Shown piece after piece: positions 59,625-64,000 of a stretch of 64,000 bases of DNA (positions are counted from its first letter, which is position 1; each line of letters begins with the position of its first letter). The DNA lies in assembly GCA_905178155.1 (NCBI GenBank), contig CAJINV010000003.1, positions 7,735,882 through 7,799,881 on the forward strand, read 5' to 3'. The translations under genes and the position numbers were made by a program. This stretch comes from Amoebophrya sp. A120. Taxonomy: Eukaryota > Protista > Dinoflagellata. Below the pieces are notes generated by a model that was given only the letters and a program-made list of their open reading frames with translations, searched no databases and was not told the origin of the DNA.

Positions 59625-61715
59625 TTACATACTTACCGCCATGAGTGCCATCTTGTCTTGTTGTTTTCTCATGTGCTGCTTGAGCCTTTCCAGGTAGTCG
59701 AGCCGGCCGAGAAGGTCCTGGGAGTTATACACCTCGACGTTGGTGCCGGAGAGGAACTCGCACGTGTACACGAGGAAGTACTTGCTCGGGACCAAACCAC
59801 AGACGGAGGGCAAGCCCGGATCCGGCGACTCGGAGAGAATCACGCGCTTCAGATCGCTGGCCGTGAGCGTGCCAAACTTGATCTGGTGGGCCAGGAGTTT
59901 GGACCGTTTTGCGATTTCCTCAAAGATCGCCAGTGTGTCGGAGACCTTGAACATGATAACCTCGCGCGACTTATCGCCGTAGGTTTTCGGGTCGTGCGCG
60001 AGGAATACCGTGTTCGCGGTCTGCAACAAGAGTTTCGATACCGTGTCGACGTCGTATCCGAGTGCACAACTCCCCCTCCCGCTCAATGATATGAATGAAT
60101 GCCTTGAGCAGCAACAGGAGCAAGGACCGGACGCGAATGCAGTGTCTGCATGTTAAATCCACACATGGACTGTAGTCCTTTTTATGGTTCCGTAACCTGT
60201 GATGCAGGCAGTGCTAAAAGGCAAGGGGTGGGCGAGTTAATGTGTTGTGCATGCCAAATGAGGGGGAGGGGGAGCTGTGCACTCTGGTAGGTCGTAGCCG
60301 GTGAGGATGGGTGCGAACGTATCCTGTGTAAAAACGTCCCATAAATATCCAGAGTTGTTGTCATGCTGAAGGAGGAATTGCAGTACTACAATTTGCACCC
60401 CACCTCTGCCCTAGGCCTGCGCTGTCATGCAGATCTGCAATTGCTGGAACACGTGCAACGCGCATCCCGCCCAAGAACAGAAGAGTATTTTCAGTCGTAT
60501 TTTTGCCCTGTAACGATCCTGCAAATAGAGCAAGGAGATGGCTTTATTTGTGACGCGGTTGTCCTTGCTAACCTACACTACAATCGAGCGCAAAACGTGT
60601 CGCGCGTGGGTGACTCCCAAATTATTTGTGCTGCAGAGATTGATACCAATCACGGACAATCATGGGGTGGAGACGTTTTTAGTCATGGGATAGAGCATGA
60701 TGTGGCGTACCGCGAGCATCTTGGGGATTTTTTTGAGGCAGTTGAGCACCATGTTGGCGCTGTCTCCCCAGGAGCAGAGGTGCACGCGGGGAATTTTAAG
60801 CGTTTCCAGCACCACCCGGATCACGTCCACGTCGAAACTTTTCCACTTGTCCGGCGAGCAGCGGCTCATGGAGCCCACGGTGGACTTGGAAAACCCCGGG
60901 AGATCCAGGAAGATGCAGTTGAAGTTGTTCTTCACCAGGTGCGGGGCGAACTTCATCCAGCACCAGCTGGTGGTCAAATTTTCGTCCGTCCGCCAACCGG
61001 GCAGAAACATGACGAATTTCGTACTCTTGCGCGCCTTGGCCACCTGGCTCATGGGCACGTCCCCGCTCTCGTACATTTTCGCGGTGGCCATGGTGGCCGG
61101 GTCGTACACCGTGCGCAGGTAGATCTGCAGGTTCAACCCCGTGACCACGTCGATCTTTTTGTTGCGGATCGCCTCCTTCAGGAAAATGCCCTCCTCCGGG
61201 GTGAAGTAGGTGCTCTGCAGCACCTTCCCGTCCGCGATGGTGACGGACAGAGTAAACACGTCGCCCCCGACGTCGAACACCTGAAATTGCTTCGACATGC
61301 GGGCTCTGCGTGGGAAATATCGACCTGGGTCTGGAGATATCAAAGCGCACACTTGTGACGCGTCCTGGTGCCGGTCACACAAAAATTTCAATTTGTCTGG
61401 CATGCGTTGCGATGAATGATGCTATTCCTGGCCATGCTGAATTGGGTGTTACTTTTCATGCAGAAGTGTAGGCATTGCTAACGCGTTCCCGCCGTCGAAT
61501 CTGTGATGCTAGCCCCTGCATTCCACATATTATCATACCTGTTGTATAGAGGGCATGGACAAGCTGCGTGACAAACTTCTGCACTGTTCCAGACCCAGAC
61601 ATATTTGCACTCGATACTGGTCTAGTGCGGTCCAAAAGTTCGTATTTGGTATTGAGTTCTCTGCGCCAAATGCTGCGGCGGTCGTCGGGATGCCGTGTCG
61701 AAGTAGTTGCACCAC
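59625..61715 (-). CDS. Alpha/beta-hydrolase-fold protein, multi-exon (59625-60086 may be a separate gene)
   Basis: VMFLPGW..SWCWMKFAPHLVKNNFNCIFLDLPGFSKS..VLETLKIPRVHLCSWGDSA. Confidence 0.55.
61305..61616 (-). mobile_element. Older member of the CCAGACCCAGAC family with eroded end and TSD
   Basis: TCTGCGTGGGAAATATCGACCTGGGTCTGG ... TTCCAGACCCAGACATATTTGCACTCGATA. Interior resembles 49693-49976. Flanks CGGGC/CTGGT match at 3 of 5 positions. Confidence 0.8.
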
Positions 61716-62717
61716 GACACACTTGTAGTGCGCTGGTGGACCTTGTCCGACGGTCTGGGGCTTACATCTAAACCATGTACTACATACCCCTTGGTTGTGT
61801 GATGATGAGAATAACTAATTCAGAAAATTTTCTTCATGATGCGTTATAATGTTCGAAGAAGAACTTGTTGTGTTAGAAGCTGTGTGTCTGTGCTAGTGTC
61901 CGCAGGTAATCTGTGTTCCACTTCGAGTAGAAGACGTAGCTTGCGTTGCTGCAGCTGCGCTCTTGTCGCGTAGTCAAGATGCCGTGCCGCGCTTGGTACG
62001 TACATTAGTATTGACGATGGAGAAGCTGCACGTCAAGGTGAGACACTTGGTCATTTTTTGTTCGTTGTCAGCTTGAAAAGCTTGCACCAAGGAGACAAGG
62101 AAAGCAGTGCGTACAGGCGGTGCGTGATGTAGTATACGTAGTTAGAAGATTCTAAGTCAGTGGAGGCCTGGAGCAGTTGGAAAAAGATTTATATGGGTCA
62201 GAATTTTACAACACATTCATACGAGCCGCATTGCGTGTCTCCTAGGCACAAACGCGCACACTCTGCCTCTCCCGCTCTCTGTCGTGGCTGTGCGATTTCT
62301 TTCTGTCTTTTTCGCTCTGCAGAAAACTTAAGCCTTACTCGATCAATGTAGGCTGAATCAGCGTTCCTGGTGTGGTTTCATCGATCCTGAGTACGAGAAC
62401 AATCCAGGTATGGTTTGGTTCCATCTCCACCACGGCATGCACACACATGCAACGCCCAGGGTGTCCAGTCAGTGTGTGGGCGTCTGACAAATTTCATGTA
62501 GATTCTTTCGTGAGAATCAAGACGGCGGGCGCTTCGAAGCAAAAGGATTCGCAACATTGACTTGCAACTGTGCGCGAGTGTAAGCATGAAGTCAATGTGT
62601 CATCATCACTCCGTCTTCGCATCTGGCAGCTTACAACTTTTCGCAATTCTTTTATCCATTTTGTTCTCACTCTTCCCGCCCACATAATAAATTATTATGT
62701 GAAAGAACTTGCTTCTT

Positions 62718-64000
62718 CTACTCCGATCTTGCGCTAAGCAGATCCTCCTCTTCATTGTTCTCGGAATCCTCAGCACCCTCCCAATCTGCCTCCGTACCGG
62801 GTAACGCACTCGCGAAACGCTCAAGCCTGGGCTCCAGCAGTGCCGTGTTAATGCGAATCAGAACGTCGGACGAAGCCTCGGTGGCGTAGTCGGCTTGGCT
62901 GTCACTGAACTGCGAGACGGTATGCTGGGTGTCCTCGCTGCGCAAGTCCATATCGTCGTCCGGGAGGTCCACCAAGTCCTGCTCCGAGGCAGCGTCCGGA
63001 CCATCCGCCGGGGAATCCTCGTGAATCAGCACGTTTTGTTCGGAGTTCGCTTTGCTCCTGGAGGAGATTGATGTTTCCGATCCATTACTTTGATCAGCGG
63101 AGGAAGACGAGGATGAGACCGCTGCACCATCTTCGTCGTTTTCAGAACCAGACGAGTGTTTGTTTTCGCTGAAATCGTCGTCCTCATGGTCGCTGCTTCC
63201 TTCGTCTTTGTCGTCCTCCTGCTCCTCCTCTGCTTCTCGTGCAAAGGCAAATTCGTCTACTTCCTCGCCTTGCTCAGCGATTATGGTGCTCGAGCGTGTA
63301 CGACCCGGTGCGTTGTCTAAGTCAAGAATAACGCTGCTACGCGCCGGCAAAGACTGCAATTGAAGGTCGTGGTGGTGGTCCTCGTGCTGCTCTTGCTGCG
63401 AAACGGCTCTGCCTCGCGTGGTGTCCGAGTGGTCTGATAGCACTTCTGTGGCAAAGCCGCGCTCTTCACTTGGTCGTCGAGAGGCAGCTTCTGGCTCGCT
63501 CGTGATACGCCGTTTTGTAGCGCTCTTCCCTGGCGGCCGAGGAGGTGTCGTGGGAGCGGTCGCTGCCGAAGGTTGAAGTTCCTCGATCTCATCCACCGCT
63601 AGGGAAGAACGCCGGCCGTTTTCTTCCGGGTCTTCCTGCAGATTCTCCGCGGAGACTACATCGAAGACCCAGGTCTCGCGAACAGCCTCGCCGTCGTCGC
63701 CAGGTTGTTCCATTTGCAGATGACCGCCAGCAGCTTTCTTTGCTGCCTTCTCGCTGGTGACATCAAGACCAAGGTGATGAGACGCCGCACGTGTTGCTTG
63801 TTTCTCAACATCCGCGTTCTTGTCTCCACCAAATTTTTGGATCGCGCTCGGCGAGGGAAAGGGCGTTCGCGACGACCTCGACGCGGTTTGGCCAAACGAC
63901 CAGTCCAGAATGTTTTGGTCATGATCATCTTCATCACGTCGTCCACCGTCGGCTTCAGCGGACGAAGACGTAGCTGAACTTTGATGTTCCTGGTTTGTGT
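62718..64000 (-). CDS. 3' part of an acidic low-complexity protein continuing beyond the window
   Basis: 331-aa D/E/S-rich ORF ending at 62718; start not established. Confidence 0.5.
   Translation of the reverse strand, partial: TNQEHQSSATSSSAEADGGRRDEDDHDQNILDWSFGQTASRSSRTPFPSPSAIQKFGGDKNADVEKQATRAASHHLGLDVTSEKAAKKAAGGHLQMEQPGDDGEAVRETWVFDVVSAENLQEDPEENGRRSSLAVDEIEELQPSAATAPTTPPRPPGKSATKRRITSEPEAASRRPSEERGFATEVLSDHSDTTRGRAVSQQEQHEDHHHDLQLQSLPARSSVILDLDNAPGRTRSSTIIAEQGEEVDEFAFAREAEEEQEDDKDEGSSDHEDDDFSENKHSSGSENDEDGAAVSSSSSSADQSNGSETSISSRSKANSEQNVLIHEDSPADGPDAASEQDLVDLPDDDMDLRSEDTQHTVSQFSDSQADYATEASSDVLIRINTALLEPRLERFASALPGTEADWEGAEDSENNEEEDLLSARSE

Noticed and set aside
60363-61358. 331-aa plus-strand ORF
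   Set aside because: Shadow of the minus-strand hydrolase-fold exon.
12737-61616. Recurrent ~30-bp CCAGACCCAGAC repeats as a CRISPR array
   Set aside because: They are dispersed inverted pairs bounding elements, not direct repeats with regular spacers, and no cas gene is present.
1-64000. tRNA, rRNA or dinoflagellate spliced-leader relic
   Set aside because: None recognised by eye; a covariance-model or motif search would be needed to exclude them.

Overview
Gene-dense, intron-containing eukaryotic DNA. Gene content, unidirectional gene blocks and repeat-bounded non-canonical introns point to an alveolate, most plausibly a syndinian dinoflagellate such as Amoebophrya (inference; no database search was possible). 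Genes in 0.6-20.8 kb are all on the + strand and almost all genes in 23.4-64 kb are on the - strand; the two blocks converge on an AT-rich island. Recognisable products: lipoyl-less GcvH-like/R3H fusion, HutF-M20 deacylase fusion, RRM protein, cyclophilin, spinster-like MFS transporter, histidine phosphatase, DEDDy exonuclease, alpha/beta hydrolases, WGR-PARP, TPR protein, TMEM121/26-like protein, calreticulin and a UIM protein. The main signal is a set of at least 11 short (145-356 bp) non-coding elements inside coding exons. They have TAT...ATA terminal inverted repeats and 5-bp target-site duplications (exact in 10). Removing an element plus one duplication restores the reading frame, but most offer no frame-restoring GT-AG register. 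The second strongest finding is the HutF-M20 fusion, a candidate single-chain, folate-independent route from formiminoglutamate to glutamate plus formate. Exon boundaries were read by eye and are approximate unless stated.
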